Part shown: piece by piece, positions 53,953 to 63,391 of the stretch
Layout of the letters: each line of letters begins with the position of its first letter
Position numbering within the stretch: position 1 is the first letter of the stretch
Source of the DNA: a virus
Reading direction: 5' to 3' (one strand)
DNA: 64,000 nt
Virus record (IMG/VR): IMGVR_UViG_3300020122_000057
Span: 6,827 to 70,826 of that record
Position numbers and translations under genes: made by a program
The notes under the pieces: generated by a model
What the model was told of the DNA's origin: nothing
The model's input: the letters and a program-made list of their open reading frames with translations, nothing else
Database searches by the model: none

Positions 53953-55326
53953 TTAGAATCCGCTACTATCACTGCTGAAACTTGAACTGCTGTCGCTAAA
54001 ACTTGATCCACTATCAAAACTCGAACTGTCGCTGCTAAACGAATCGCTACTTGAGCTAGAGCTTGAATCACTACTGCTACTATCATAGCTAGAACTATCG
54101 CTTGTGAAACTAGGACTATCATCCTGCCGCGACGTAGGATATTCTACTGGAGCATCTTCATGATGATGTTCATGGACGACTTCCTCATCCACAATTACCG
54201 GAAGCACGACGGGGGTGTAGATTTGTGTCGGAGGGTAATAATCCGGTTGTGCTGCGCGAGTATATCCCGGTCCTGCGCTGCTACCCCCACTCGCTGCCAC
54301 TGTCTTATGCTTAGGGGATCGTGATGAGTGGCTCGGTATCGTCGCGCTCTTTGGCGCTGGACTCGGTCCCGGCGCTGCTTTTACCACTACTCCGTCCAAT
54401 GAAGCAGTAATCGCACGAATGTCTGAGCGAAAGCTTTCATACTTTTCTTCAATCGCTTCGTAGTTACCCTTCGTTAGTCCGTCAGTATTCGGATTACCCT
54501 TCTCCGATGCGGCGAATTCAGAATACTCTTCCATAAGCGCGTCATAACGTAACTGCGCTATCTTATTGGGAGTTTCCTCCAGTTTATCCCGCAACGCATT
54601 AATCAAATGGATAGTTGAGGATCGCGCCATAATCGCACTCATCTGCGCGTTGTGGGTATCTTCCTCACTAGTTTGACGGCGGGATAGTAGATAATGTATT
54701 CCCCACGCCAACCCGCCAAGGGAACCGAGAATTAGCAATAAATAACCAAAATGCCACAGTCCCGTATAGTCAACAGCGGCATAGGTCGTCGTACTCACCG
54801 CCGGATGTAGCGCCTCATCCTTAGCCGCAGCGAGACGCTTGGCAATCTGTTCCAGTCCCAGTGTCAACCCAATAGCCCATTCTCCCTGCCGGAAACTTGG
54901 AGCCATAAAGTCCATACGAATGCGCGTGGAATGACTATCCAGCGCCTTCTTCCACTGACTACCGTAATAAATACCCATCTTCCGCGTGTCCGGGGCCAGC
55001 CCAGCCACAATTAGCGTACTCTTCGGTCCCCCGTTAATCGCTTGCCACGATGGGCACTCCTTCACCCACTGGTTCACCATAACATCCAAATTCTCAATCT
55101 TACCCTCGGCAATGACAACGTGCGTCTCTGCGCCCTCGGCGTTCACTGTCTGCGCTGCCTTCACTACACGTTCATTCTCAGAAGTTTTCAATACCCCGTC
55201 ACTACCAACAACAACCTTCGCGCAAGGATCAATTCGCATACCTTGGCCGTAGGCTACATACGCCCATCCTAATAGAATCGTTCCCGCAATCAACGCTCTT
55301 TTGCCACCGCTATTTATATTTCCCAT
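53953..55326 (-). CDS. TPM-domain membrane protein with Ser-rich tail
   Basis: DGVL, R.MGIYYG, MAPSFRQGEW..GL..G; TM helix; SSDSS repeats ending in GF. Confidence 0.8.
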   Translation of the reverse strand: MGNINSGGKRALIAGTILLGWAYVAYGQGMRIDPCAKVVVGSDGVLKTSENERVVKAAQTVNAEGAETHVVIAEGKIENLDVMVNQWVKECPSWQAINGGPKSTLIVAGLAPDTRKMGIYYGSQWKKALDSHSTRIRMDFMAPSFRQGEWAIGLTLGLEQIAKRLAAAKDEALHPAVSTTTYAAVDYTGLWHFGYLLLILGSLGGLAWGIHYLLSRRQTSEEDTHNAQMSAIMARSSTIHLINALRDKLEETPNKIAQLRYDALMEEYSEFAASEKGNPNTDGLTKGNYEAIEEKYESFRSDIRAITASLDGVVVKAAPGPSPAPKSATIPSHSSRSPKHKTVAASGGSSAGPGYTRAAQPDYYPPTQIYTPVVLPVIVDEEVVHEHHHEDAPVEYPTSRQDDSPSFTSDSSSYDSSSSDSSSSSSSDSFSSDSSSFDSGSSFSDSSSSFSSDSSGF

Positions 55327-55351
55327 ATCCCTCTCCTCGTAATTTCGACGT

Positions 55352-55389
55352 AAAAATAGGGAAGCCTACACACACGGAGACTTCCCTAT
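55352..55389 (-). terminator. intrinsic terminator
   Basis: ATAGGGAAGTC/GGCTTCCCTAT stem followed by a T-run. Confidence 0.65.
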
Positions 55390-55424
55390 CGGCGGAGCAG
55401 CCTACCTCCGAACGGAGGATACCT

Positions 55425-56042
55425 TTATTCCCAACTCTTGCGCAGCCCTTTGAAGCGCTTTGGATTCGTAGCTTCACTGATATCCAGAATGCGCTTTACC
55501 CGCAACATATCCGCATATTGCGGCTCGGCATTCGCTTCAGTACCACGAGGAAATACAACCTGTGCCCCGGTAATGGCCGAGTTAAGCGCCGATACGTATT
55601 CCGTAAACGTATTCACGGGTTGAATCTGCGACACCAACCCCTGCCGGATACCAATACCGAAAAGCTGTTCCAGTTCCGCATCGTGCTTTTCGTTACGAAT
55701 CGTCCTTGCGTACTGTTGCTGTTGATTGCCCTTTTGTTTGGTCTTTCCGGTAACTTCGTCCAGCACCGTAGTTCCCAGTGGCAGGGTATTCGGATCAACC
55801 TTCACATTTTCCACGAACCCCTTCGGAACGAACACACGATAATTTGTCGTGAATCCTTCATCCAAAGAAGTAAGAGCAATGTCAATCGCAACCGCACCCG
55901 AATCAAACACCTTGCTCGTCACACCGTCAACCCGCCCACGGTGAACATCGCCCTGTGGCGCAGGTTTTGCAATGGATGGAGTATCAGGAAATAGAGCCTC
56001 CAAGCCAGTCGTTACTGCATTATCTTGTGTCAAATTACTCAC
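55425..56042 (-). CDS. putative ssDNA-binding protein
   Basis: OB-fold-like pattern, near the Sak4-like ATPase. Confidence 0.45.
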   Translation of the reverse strand: MSNLTQDNAVTTGLEALFPDTPSIAKPAPQGDVHRGRVDGVTSKVFDSGAVAIDIALTSLDEGFTTNYRVFVPKGFVENVKVDPNTLPLGTTVLDEVTGKTKQKGNQQQQYARTIRNEKHDAELEQLFGIGIRQGLVSQIQPVNTFTEYVSALNSAITGAQVVFPRGTEANAEPQYADMLRVKRILDISEATNPKRFKGLRKSWE

Positions 56043-56064
56043 CTTACTACCTCCGTTAATTTAC

Positions 56065-56262
56065 TTACTTTACATTCAATGGTGGCCTGCCACGCTTGCC
56101 TGTTTCCCACGCTTTCAGCCCCAAACTCGTTCTCTTTCTTAACCGATCCTTATCCAAATGAAACTGGCACGAATTATCGCTGCCGGGTGCTCTTGGGCGT
56201 CCACAGCGCATGCAGTTTCCTAAGCCTAATTGTTTCTTCTCCCATCGTCTCCGCGCATCCAC
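56065..56262 (-). CDS. small zinc-binding basic protein
   Basis: CMRCG..SCQFH..KRGRPP. Confidence 0.6.
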   Translation of the reverse strand: MDARRRWEKKQLGLGNCMRCGRPRAPGSDNSCQFHLDKDRLRKRTSLGLKAWETGKRGRPPLNVK

Positions 56263-57167
56263 TAGACCTTACCCGCTCGCACCTTCTCCCAAAGAAGTCG
56301 CAAGTCCGCAGGTTCCGTTGGTTTAATGATGCCCTTTCCGACTAGTTCTTCCGGTATCTTATTGCGTGCGAAACGGACTATCTGATACGGAGTGTCCTTA
56401 CCTTTATCATCCTTCTTGATGAAAGCTTCGCGGCTAGTTTCGGTAATTAGATGCCGCGCATTCGCGTTGATCTTGCGGATATTCAGCACGAATTCAAAAT
56501 CCGCTGCGAGCATATTGCTCATAGCTGGAGGAAGGTCAGGGCTAATACGAATCTCATTCCCCGTTTCCCAGCTACGCTCCAACGCGGTTACGATGAGATT
56601 CATTGGTTTCGTCAACGCCGATAACTGAATCATATCCCGCAGGTCATCCTTACTACCCTTGCTTACCTTACGAATATCCTTTACTTCCGCCCCGGCGTCG
56701 TTGAAGGAATTGTCATCATTCAACATATCCTTCACTTGCGTAATGTCGTCAATGATGAGTGTTCGATCCGGTAAATTAGCCCATTCCGGCCAGATAGCCT
56801 CGGGGTACATGACAGCATAACGGAAGTTCTCTACCGTGTTAGCGTGGAATGCTTCATATTTTTTCTTGCGTAGTGGGTCGAGTTGCTCCTTCTGGCGGGT
56901 GAGGATAATGCGCGTATTCTCGGGAGTGCCGAATTTAGCCGCACAGACTGACTTACCCGAATCTACTTCACCATATAGAAAGCAACGGAAATAAGGTGTC
57001 GTAATCTCCCCCGTATTGAACTTTTGCTTCTGTAGTTTATCGAGTATAGCCGTAGGAATACTGCGTGCCGCAGCCGCATTTACTCCCGCTACCAACGATA
57101 CTTGGGTAGGTTTAGCTGTATCTTTCGCTATCTGCGCTTGCTTCATCAATTCCAGTGTTTCCGACAT
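56262..57167 (-). CDS. AAA_24/Sak4-like ATPase (ssDNA annealing)
   Basis: LYGEVDSGKS, TLIIDDIT, NLIVTALE. Confidence 0.8.
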   Translation of the reverse strand: MSETLELMKQAQIAKDTAKPTQVSLVAGVNAAAARSIPTAILDKLQKQKFNTGEITTPYFRCFLYGEVDSGKSVCAAKFGTPENTRIILTRQKEQLDPLRKKKYEAFHANTVENFRYAVMYPEAIWPEWANLPDRTLIIDDITQVKDMLNDDNSFNDAGAEVKDIRKVSKGSKDDLRDMIQLSALTKPMNLIVTALERSWETGNEIRISPDLPPAMSNMLAADFEFVLNIRKINANARHLITETSREAFIKKDDKGKDTPYQIVRFARNKIPEELVGKGIIKPTEPADLRLLWEKVRAGKV

Positions 57168-57187
57168 TATCCCTCACTGTGGAAAGA

Positions 57188-57216
57188 ATTATAGCAAAGA
57201 TTCGTTTCAGCGTCAA
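57188..57216 (-). promoter_or_regulatory. sigma70-type promoter
   Basis: TTGACG-N17-TATAAT with TG extension. Confidence 0.7.
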
Positions 57217-57449
57217 GGGGAAAATACGCTAATAACCCCTTAAATTCCAATCGAAACGGTGTGCCCAGTGGTAACGATGGCAACGCTTGTAGAGCCAGAA
57301 CAGGAAATCCGGTCCCCATATTGCGCCTAGAAACCATAGAGTATATAGAATCAATCCCACTTTCACCTAACCTTGAAGCAGGAAGATGAATCCGGGCACC
57401 ATTGATGCCACCATCCATACGTAGCAACGGGGTAGCATTTCTCACTCCC

Positions 57450-57487
57450 AAAATTAGAGGGCCAGAGCGTATCCTGCCCCGGCCCCG
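57450..57487 (-). terminator. terminator-like hairpin closing the ncRNA
   Basis: GGGGCCGGGGC/GCTCTGGCCCT followed by CTAATTTT. Confidence 0.5.
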
Positions 57488-57870
57488 ATTGTATACTTTA
57501 TCAAGTATAAGTTGTTCGTAGCATTAATTCGTGCGCCCTATTAGTCCCCATGGATTTCAGGTTGAATACCGATGCTCTACCACTAAGCTACCCGCGACAA
57601 GAAGATTCCCCAAGAACCCTCTTGGATCGCGGGACGGGATTTGAACCCGCGTCCTCGGTTGTTATATTCCCACGCGACTACTGGTTGCCACTGCTACATG
57701 AATCTTCGGGGTAAAAGCCTGATGGCGTAAGCCTGAGTCTAATCAATTACCCTGAAGTTGGAACAGGGGTAGTGTACCCCCGCCCCGAAAATTTGCTACT
57801 CTCCTACGGAGCAGAGTGAGTAGCTGCTATCATCGCGCATTCGATAGCGTGTTGCGGCCCCGTTCGGATC
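57455..57870 (-). ncRNA. large RNA with a circularly permuted tRNA-like domain (YrlA-like topology)
   Basis: Order: T-arm GCGGG-TTCAAAT-CCCGT, CCCGCGA-T-CCA, spacer, TCGCGGG, D-arm TAGCTTAGTGGTAGAGC; ACCGA/TCGGT anticodon-stem equivalent. Confidence 0.8.
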
Positions 57871-57872
57871 GT

Positions 57873-58634
57873 TTACTTACCCAACGGCTCCAGCACAAAC
57901 TCCAGCAACTTCTTGCCAATTCTGTACTTGGTTACGTCCAAGTCCAACTCATTAGCCCGTGCCCGTGCCTTCTTAACCGCACGCAGCAATACTTCGCAAC
58001 GTTCGATTAAGTCACCCTTTTGGGCTGGAGTCAGCAATGCACTCCATTCCTGTTCCTGAATCGTGCCTACAGCCACGTCTTCAGTTACAAGCTGAGTCTG
58101 CGCTGGGTGCTTCTCCGTCGCCGGGTATAGCACGAGAGGTTTATTTACCTTCTTAGTGCGGTTCTTCAGTACTTCCCGCGCACGGAAGATACCGGATTCG
58201 CGGTTCGTATCCTGCGTGAAACCCTTGGCCGGATCAAGCGTAGGAACCGTCACCAGTAACTCATGGAACTTCTGCAAGTGCTTTTCCAGTTGAAGCAAAC
58301 TGGTAGCCGGGACGCTCTCGGCCAGTGTATCACCGTCTTCAGTGACGATATCAGCCTTAGCTTCCGTGTTCGCAATGTCAATCTGGTGCCCAATGTCGAT
58401 ATCCTTAGACAGAATTGAGCTAATCCACGTCAGTTCCTTCTGCACAGTGGATTGAATGTCCGATTGCGCTTCCGTAACCGGAGCGATACCCTCTTCATTG
58501 GACTTGAACGTAACAAGCTTCTGCTCGAAAAGATGACGCTTGTTTCCAAACGTAGTCATCAAATCTGCGCGAGTCTTGTTCGCCTGATTCTCCTGATTCG
58601 TGCTTACTGCCAGTAATTCATGCAACTTTGCCAT
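57873..58634 (-). CDS. conserved-looking helical protein of unknown function
   Basis: MAKLHELLAV, VPATSLLQLEK, PTLDP, VLYPATEKHPAQ, AVKKARARAN; directly upstream of the ncRNA. Confidence 0.85.
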   Translation of the reverse strand: MAKLHELLAVSTNQENQANKTRADLMTTFGNKRHLFEQKLVTFKSNEEGIAPVTEAQSDIQSTVQKELTWISSILSKDIDIGHQIDIANTEAKADIVTEDGDTLAESVPATSLLQLEKHLQKFHELLVTVPTLDPAKGFTQDTNRESGIFRAREVLKNRTKKVNKPLVLYPATEKHPAQTQLVTEDVAVGTIQEQEWSALLTPAQKGDLIERCEVLLRAVKKARARANELDLDVTKYRIGKKLLEFVLEPLGK

Positions 58635-59059
58635 TACTTTACCCTCTCCTTCATTCCGCGATTTTTCAGAACTTGGTTAATATCTTCCACTAATTCCTTA
58701 TACTGTGCTTTGGCTCCCTTTGTATACATCGACGCACCAGTAAAAATAGTTTCTGCCTCCGCTTCATTAAAACCCAGTATCTTAGCCGCTTTCTCGTGTG
58801 TGCCGTCCTTCATTAGTCCGGCTTCGGCGTAGCTCGTATCATTAGCGGTAAACAATTTATTCCAGTTCTTCTTCGGTGTATTCAACAACACAGTCCACCC
58901 AGCGAGACACGCTTTCGTTCCACAGGCGGGGAAATTTTTATATTCGGCAGCCGAAGGAGTATTCTCCAACACTCCATAGGTCGCCATATCCAGCCTACGC
59001 ATATCCCCGCGAACATGCTTCAATACCCGCTTGATTTCCTTAACGTTGATTTCCTTCAT
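58634..59059 (-). CDS. hypothetical phage protein
   Basis: CGTKACLAGW motif recurrent in phage proteins. Confidence 0.7.
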   Translation of the reverse strand: MKEINVKEIKRVLKHVRGDMRRLDMATYGVLENTPSAAEYKNFPACGTKACLAGWTVLLNTPKKNWNKLFTANDTSYAEAGLMKDGTHEKAAKILGFNEAEAETIFTGASMYTKGAKAQYKELVEDINQVLKNRGMKERVK

Positions 59060-59119
59060 TATCCCTCTCCTCAACTTTCGGAATTATACCAAAAACGTGA
59101 ATTGGTGTTAATAGAAAAA

Positions 59120-59764
59120 TTAAATTTCTATCTCCATACAAGGATTTTCCCGCATCTTGTACGTCCGATCTACGGAGGAAACGTTATAGTGAATTGTCTC
59201 CTCAACTTTCCTCTTTCCATACGCCTCATGTATATGCCCAAAGAAATGATGCTTCGGTGGTTCCTTCATTTCCTTGAAACGCATCATTAAATCGTGGCAT
59301 CCAGCATAGTCACCTTCCAATGTCTTATCCAATATCCTGTTCGCAGGACCATGCGTAATCAATACATCCAACCCTTCCGGTATCTGCTCCCATATTTCCT
59401 TACCCTCGGCATGGTCATAACTAAACTTCCAGAAGTCGGAGCTAAAGAATGGTGTATAGGGACTTCCCCAAAATTTCTTGCCGTCAATTTCAATTCCAGT
59501 ATTCAGTAGATACGTTGCGTTTGTTAAACGTTCCTTCCCGAATGCCAATGCATGCATCGGGTCAATATCGAAACTTCTATCATGGTTCCCAGCAACCACA
59601 ATCTTATGCTTATGGGGCAACATTCCAAGCCATAGATTGAACGCATCCACCCATTGCGGCTCACCAATCATGGTGAAATCTCCGGCGTGGATAAACACGT
59701 CTCCCTCCGGCACTTTCAATCCCCAATGCTTCTCGTGCGTATCGCTAGTGGCTACAATTTTCAA
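59120..59764 (-). CDS. calcineurin-like metallophosphoesterase
   Basis: SDTH, HAGDFT, AGNHD, THGP, FGHIHE. Confidence 0.92.
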   Translation of the reverse strand: MKIVATSDTHEKHWGLKVPEGDVFIHAGDFTMIGEPQWVDAFNLWLGMLPHKHKIVVAGNHDRSFDIDPMHALAFGKERLTNATYLLNTGIEIDGKKFWGSPYTPFFSSDFWKFSYDHAEGKEIWEQIPEGLDVLITHGPANRILDKTLEGDYAGCHDLMMRFKEMKEPPKHHFFGHIHEAYGKRKVEETIHYNVSSVDRTYKMRENPCMEIEI

Positions 59765-60141
59765 AATGATCCATTCCTCTTACTTATAGTTAACCCAATA
59801 GTACTATTAATAGGCATATATAATCTAGTAATTCTCTCCAACTTATGATGCCCATGCTTGTGAAATTCCCAAGCAACAAACTCCTGTCCCACTACTCCCA
59901 AGCCAATATATAACGCAATCATTGGACAATGTTGCGTCGGCAACCACTCTTCCCGAAATCCATTACTTAGTCCGTGACACGTCTGTACCGTATCGAATGT
60001 AGCTCCAGCAATACTCATTGCCAACATTGCTTTCGCAGGTCTGTCGTAGAAACGATGGATCGGCGCGGGTTGCTTCGGCACTGGAGCATCCGGCACTTGA
60101 GTCAATACCATTGCCGCGTTAAGAATGAATACAGGTAGCAT
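59761..60141 (-). CDS. membrane/exported protein
   Basis: VPDAPVP linker and TM segments. Confidence 0.6.
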   Translation of the reverse strand: MLPVFILNAAMVLTQVPDAPVPKQPAPIHRFYDRPAKAMLAMSIAGATFDTVQTCHGLSNGFREEWLPTQHCPMIALYIGLGVVGQEFVAWEFHKHGHHKLERITRLYMPINSTIGLTISKRNGSF

Positions 60142-60336
60142 TTAATCTCTTCCCCAATTCCAAATCTCTTCCGCGAGTTCCCAATATTCTCCGGGAAGCG
60201 ATTGCATTTCACTGAAGAAAGGTTTTAATTCCCACGGCTTCCATAGCAGTAAGTATCCACCCCGTAGTATAATCGTCGCAAGTACTAAAGCTGTCGCTAG
60301 TATCCATGCTCCCAAAATAATTAATATTTTTATCAT
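60142..60336 (-). CDS. small membrane protein
   Basis: ATGA overlap, long hydrophobic helix. Confidence 0.55.
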   Translation of the reverse strand: MIKILIILGAWILATALVLATIILRGGYLLLWKPWELKPFFSEMQSLPGEYWELAEEIWNWGRD

Positions 60337-61265
60337 TTCTCCCCCATATTGAACGCTGCTAATCCAGCGTGAAAACAACTCCCAACCTCCAACTCATAAC
60401 TTGCTTCCCCCAACACATGGCCCCCGTACTCAATCCTGCCCTTTTCGAGACACCGTGAATAAGTCTGATATGCACTCTGGCTCAATACCACCAATTCAGG
60501 ATCATTAATATCCAATCCCAATAACTCACATACCTTATACCCCGGATCGGGACTAGCCGCATCCTTGTGCTGCCAACTAACGGGAGTAATCGGCGGATGC
60601 AAATGAACCTTACACCGTGTCTCGTAATGCTCACATACTCGGTTATATGCTTTACACTGATATCCCGTCATCATCCACGGAGTTACGTTGAGTTTATGGG
60701 CACCCCGGAGGGAGCTGGCCATGACTAGCAACGCGCTCTCCGTAGCCTGCAATACTCCGTTGGGGAATGCGAACGTACCCTTCGCCGGGTTACTGGGCCA
60801 AATCTGTGGTGGCGTACTCTTTACCGCTGCACGAACTAGAATACGCGGCTCGCCTGCTTGCTCTAATGTCTTCCACTCCTCATCCAATAGAAACTTCCCC
60901 TTCTTCGCCCCTAGTGCATAAGTAGATAACTGTACTCCTTGGCTAATCTCCGCGAGCCAATCATCTTCCGTATCCCCGAGATATGGCGTGCCGTCTTTCT
61001 TTATCTTCGGTGCACGACGGGTCTTCCATTCCGAAAAAAGATATCCAAATTTATCCCGAGAAATTTTATCTATGACTCCAACGATAATTGTCTTCGGTTC
61101 TAGTTGTATATGCCACAGCACTTCCACGCCAACCGTTTCCAAATCTGTATCCGGCCAAGTAGATGCCTTATCTATCCACGCCCCGCACAATCTCGCAGCT
61201 TCTTCCTTCGCCACCGCACCCACTGGACAATTCACAATTGCCTGAATAACTTTATCTACTTGCAT
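60333..61265 (-). CDS. RecB/Cas4-like PD-(D/E)XK exonuclease, apparently circularly permuted
   Basis: GVE, GVIDKI, EWKT, QLSTY, CxxxxxxC..C, then LSQSAYQTYSRC..GSCFH at the C-terminus. Confidence 0.8.
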   Translation of the reverse strand: MQVDKVIQAIVNCPVGAVAKEEAARLCGAWIDKASTWPDTDLETVGVEVLWHIQLEPKTIIVGVIDKISRDKFGYLFSEWKTRRAPKIKKDGTPYLGDTEDDWLAEISQGVQLSTYALGAKKGKFLLDEEWKTLEQAGEPRILVRAAVKSTPPQIWPSNPAKGTFAFPNGVLQATESALLVMASSLRGAHKLNVTPWMMTGYQCKAYNRVCEHYETRCKVHLHPPITPVSWQHKDAASPDPGYKVCELLGLDINDPELVVLSQSAYQTYSRCLEKGRIEYGGHVLGEASYELEVGSCFHAGLAAFNMGEK

Positions 61266-61648
61266 CCATTTATCCTTTGTGCTATAGTGCAGATATCCTC
61301 AAGTTGCGGCACTCCCTCCCGCAACGAATTGGGGGCTGGCGGTTTCACTCCTCCTTCACCGCTGGCCCCTACCTTCTCAAATTCCCATACACTTTCCGGC
61401 GGTAGGATCGTAATTATGGTTTTCCTTTTCTTGTCATATAGAATCTTCATCGTGCGTGCTTCAAACTCGATCTCCCACCCCACAACCCTCGCACTCTGTC
61501 TACCAAGAAACCGCCCGTTCCCGGACTGGATCGCTTTCACCAGCTTCCTCCGCGCTTCCTTCGTTATCTTTATCCCGAAACGTTCCAGCGCTCGCTTTCT
61601 CGCGTGACATTGTAGAGACTGCTTCTTGTTCATCTTGAAACGCTTCAT
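61256..61648 (-). CDS. hypothetical protein (HARKRALERF motif)
   Basis: HA.KR..ER...YD.....IITIL, DUF3781/RelE-like pattern. Confidence 0.65.
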   Translation of the reverse strand: MKRFKMNKKQSLQCHARKRALERFGIKITKEARRKLVKAIQSGNGRFLGRQSARVVGWEIEFEARTMKILYDKKRKTIITILPPESVWEFEKVGASGEGGVKPPAPNSLREGVPQLEDICTIAQRINGCK

Positions 61649-61776
61649 AGCTCTCCTCCCAACAATCCAGACACATAGCTACCGGAGCTAGATTGCACTC
61701 ATACTCCGTGCAATCGTAACTATGCTGGCATGTATCGCAATAATGCTCGTGCCATCCGTAAGGCATAAATTATCCC

Positions 61777-61995
61777 TCAGTGCAAGATTCCGCAACGGGT
61801 AAGACCAACTATCGTTCCAAATGCAATAACTCCCCAAAATCCAATAATTGGTAGTTCCCAACTATCGAAATTGTAGTGTGTTTTCTGATTCAAAAATTCT
61901 ACAAGTTTAAAATTAAGCCAAACGAATCCTAGTATTAAACTAGCTCCGACTACAGAGATTCCCCATCCCTCCAACAAACATTTTAATATATGCAT
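61777..61995 (-). CDS. small membrane protein
   Basis: two TM helices. Confidence 0.55.
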   Translation of the reverse strand: MHILKCLLEGWGISVVGASLILGFVWLNFKLVEFLNQKTHYNFDSWELPIIGFWGVIAFGTIVGLTRCGILH

Positions 61996-61996
61996 C

Positions 61997-62242
61997 TTAA
62001 TTCACCCTTCCATCCCTCGTCGATTGCAACCCAATAAACCTGTGCCACGTATGCGTGCGCCCGTGCCCATCCCTGCACGTACCGGAACATACCAGCATCG
62101 CACGCTGCTCACTCTTCTCCGGTACAATTTGTAGCCCGTAATATCGCGTCTTGCGGCAAACCTCACACACCCATACCTGACGATCCTGAATGTAATAATC
62201 TGTTTCCTTGAATTTAGCGACTGGCAATACCGGACGGCTCAT
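61997..62242 (-). CDS. small zinc-ribbon protein
   Basis: GGGGAGG RBS; CEVC..CSGTC..H. Confidence 0.6.
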   Translation of the reverse strand: MSRPVLPVAKFKETDYYIQDRQVWVCEVCRKTRYYGLQIVPEKSEQRAMLVCSGTCRDGHGRTHTWHRFIGLQSTRDGRVN

Positions 62243-62393
62243 ACTTCCTCCCCCTGAAAAATAACCCCACTGGGAAGCGCCAGCCACACAATGGGGTCAA
62301 TTTTGGATACAGATTACATAGAGTTCTCTGTGTTTAGCGGCCACAGTCCGCAATTTTAATACCCGCGAATTGTAACACCGATTGCGGGGAAAA

Positions 62394-62834
62394 TCAATAG
62401 TTTTCTAGCTTCGAAGCTGGACGCACTGTAGGTATGTACGGGTATTCGTACATTGGAATCGGATTTAGCTGTATCCACGGAGAATTTGTGATAGTGGCTG
62501 CTGGCTTCGGCACTAGAAACCTAAAATCCTTGGAGAAAGTAAATCCATGCTCAAAGCCACTTCGAACGTACAGCTTATCCTGTTGACTAATAATATTGCC
62601 ACTACCCCATACAAAGTCACCCTTATCGGGACTGTCAATTGTCACTTGTAAATACTTCTTCTCGATAACTCGATTAAACTGATTCCAATCCTTCTGTGCA
62701 TCCTGCAAATCCTCCCACTTCGCCATAGCCTGTTTCGCGTCGGCATCGGATAGTTGCACCACGATTGCATTCTGTGCTACCAACGCGCAGATTGATATAC
62801 TAAATAGTAATGTCCCAATAATAGCTCTCTTCAT
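62394..62834 (-). CDS. exported hypothetical protein
   Basis: signal peptide MKRAIIGTLLFSISICALVA/Q. Confidence 0.65.
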   Translation of the reverse strand: MKRAIIGTLLFSISICALVAQNAIVVQLSDADAKQAMAKWEDLQDAQKDWNQFNRVIEKKYLQVTIDSPDKGDFVWGSGNIISQQDKLYVRSGFEHGFTFSKDFRFLVPKPAATITNSPWIQLNPIPMYEYPYIPTVRPASKLENY

Positions 62835-63391
62835 TTTCTCTCCTTTTTACGATCCCTTACGCCTGCGTTATATCCCCTTATGTACGCTTCTCTACGAGAT
62901 TCGGTAGGAGGAGCATTAGGAAAACATTTTGGGCATGCGGGATTTTTGGAATCTTCCTTACAGATACATTTTTGCTCCCCTGCCAGCTTCTCTGCGCCCG
63001 GCTCAGCTAATTCTTCACCGAAGCATTGCTCGCAAATAGAGACATTGCGTGTAGCAGGTTGTCCGTTTTCACCGTCGCAGGTAAAGCAAACCGTTCCAGT
63101 ATGGTTTCTGGATTGGCGCTCGTCTGCAATAACTTCCAGCACGTTCTGCCTTGCCATCGCTAAGACATGCCCAACCTCGCAGTGGCAGAATCCACACTTC
63201 GCGCAATGGCCGTCTTTTGCTGGACGATGCTGCTCAGCTTCGTAGAAGGCAATTTGAATCCGTTCCTGCAGCGGCTCCTCAAACTGGCTAGGGCCAACAG
63301 TTTCTAATCTTCGCTCTCCGTCGCCAACAATTTCTCGTGTCTTTTCTCCAGTGCCGAGATTCACACTATTAAAATCGCCTTGAATTTTCAT
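62831..63391 (-). CDS. Cys-rich mosaic protein
   Basis: several CxxC motifs, ATGA overlap. Confidence 0.6.
   Translation of the reverse strand: MKIQGDFNSVNLGTGEKTREIVGDGERRLETVGPSQFEEPLQERIQIAFYEAEQHRPAKDGHCAKCGFCHCEVGHVLAMARQNVLEVIADERQSRNHTGTVCFTCDGENGQPATRNVSICEQCFGEELAEPGAEKLAGEQKCICKEDSKNPACPKCFPNAPPTESRREAYIRGYNAGVRDRKKERK

Noticed and set aside
53960-54125. Repeat array or CRISPR
   Set aside because: Degenerate repeats encoding the Ser/Asp-rich tail of the TPM protein; no repeat-spacer structure. No CRISPR array was seen in the window.
57167-57451. 94-aa TTG-start ORF
   Set aside because: It runs through a strong promoter and has no clear RBS; a shorter gene there cannot be excluded.
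57568-57659. Two-piece permuted tmRNA
   Set aside because: It has a full D-stem, lacks the G3:U70 alanine identity pair and shows no evident tag ORF; kept as a YrlA-like or novel RNA.
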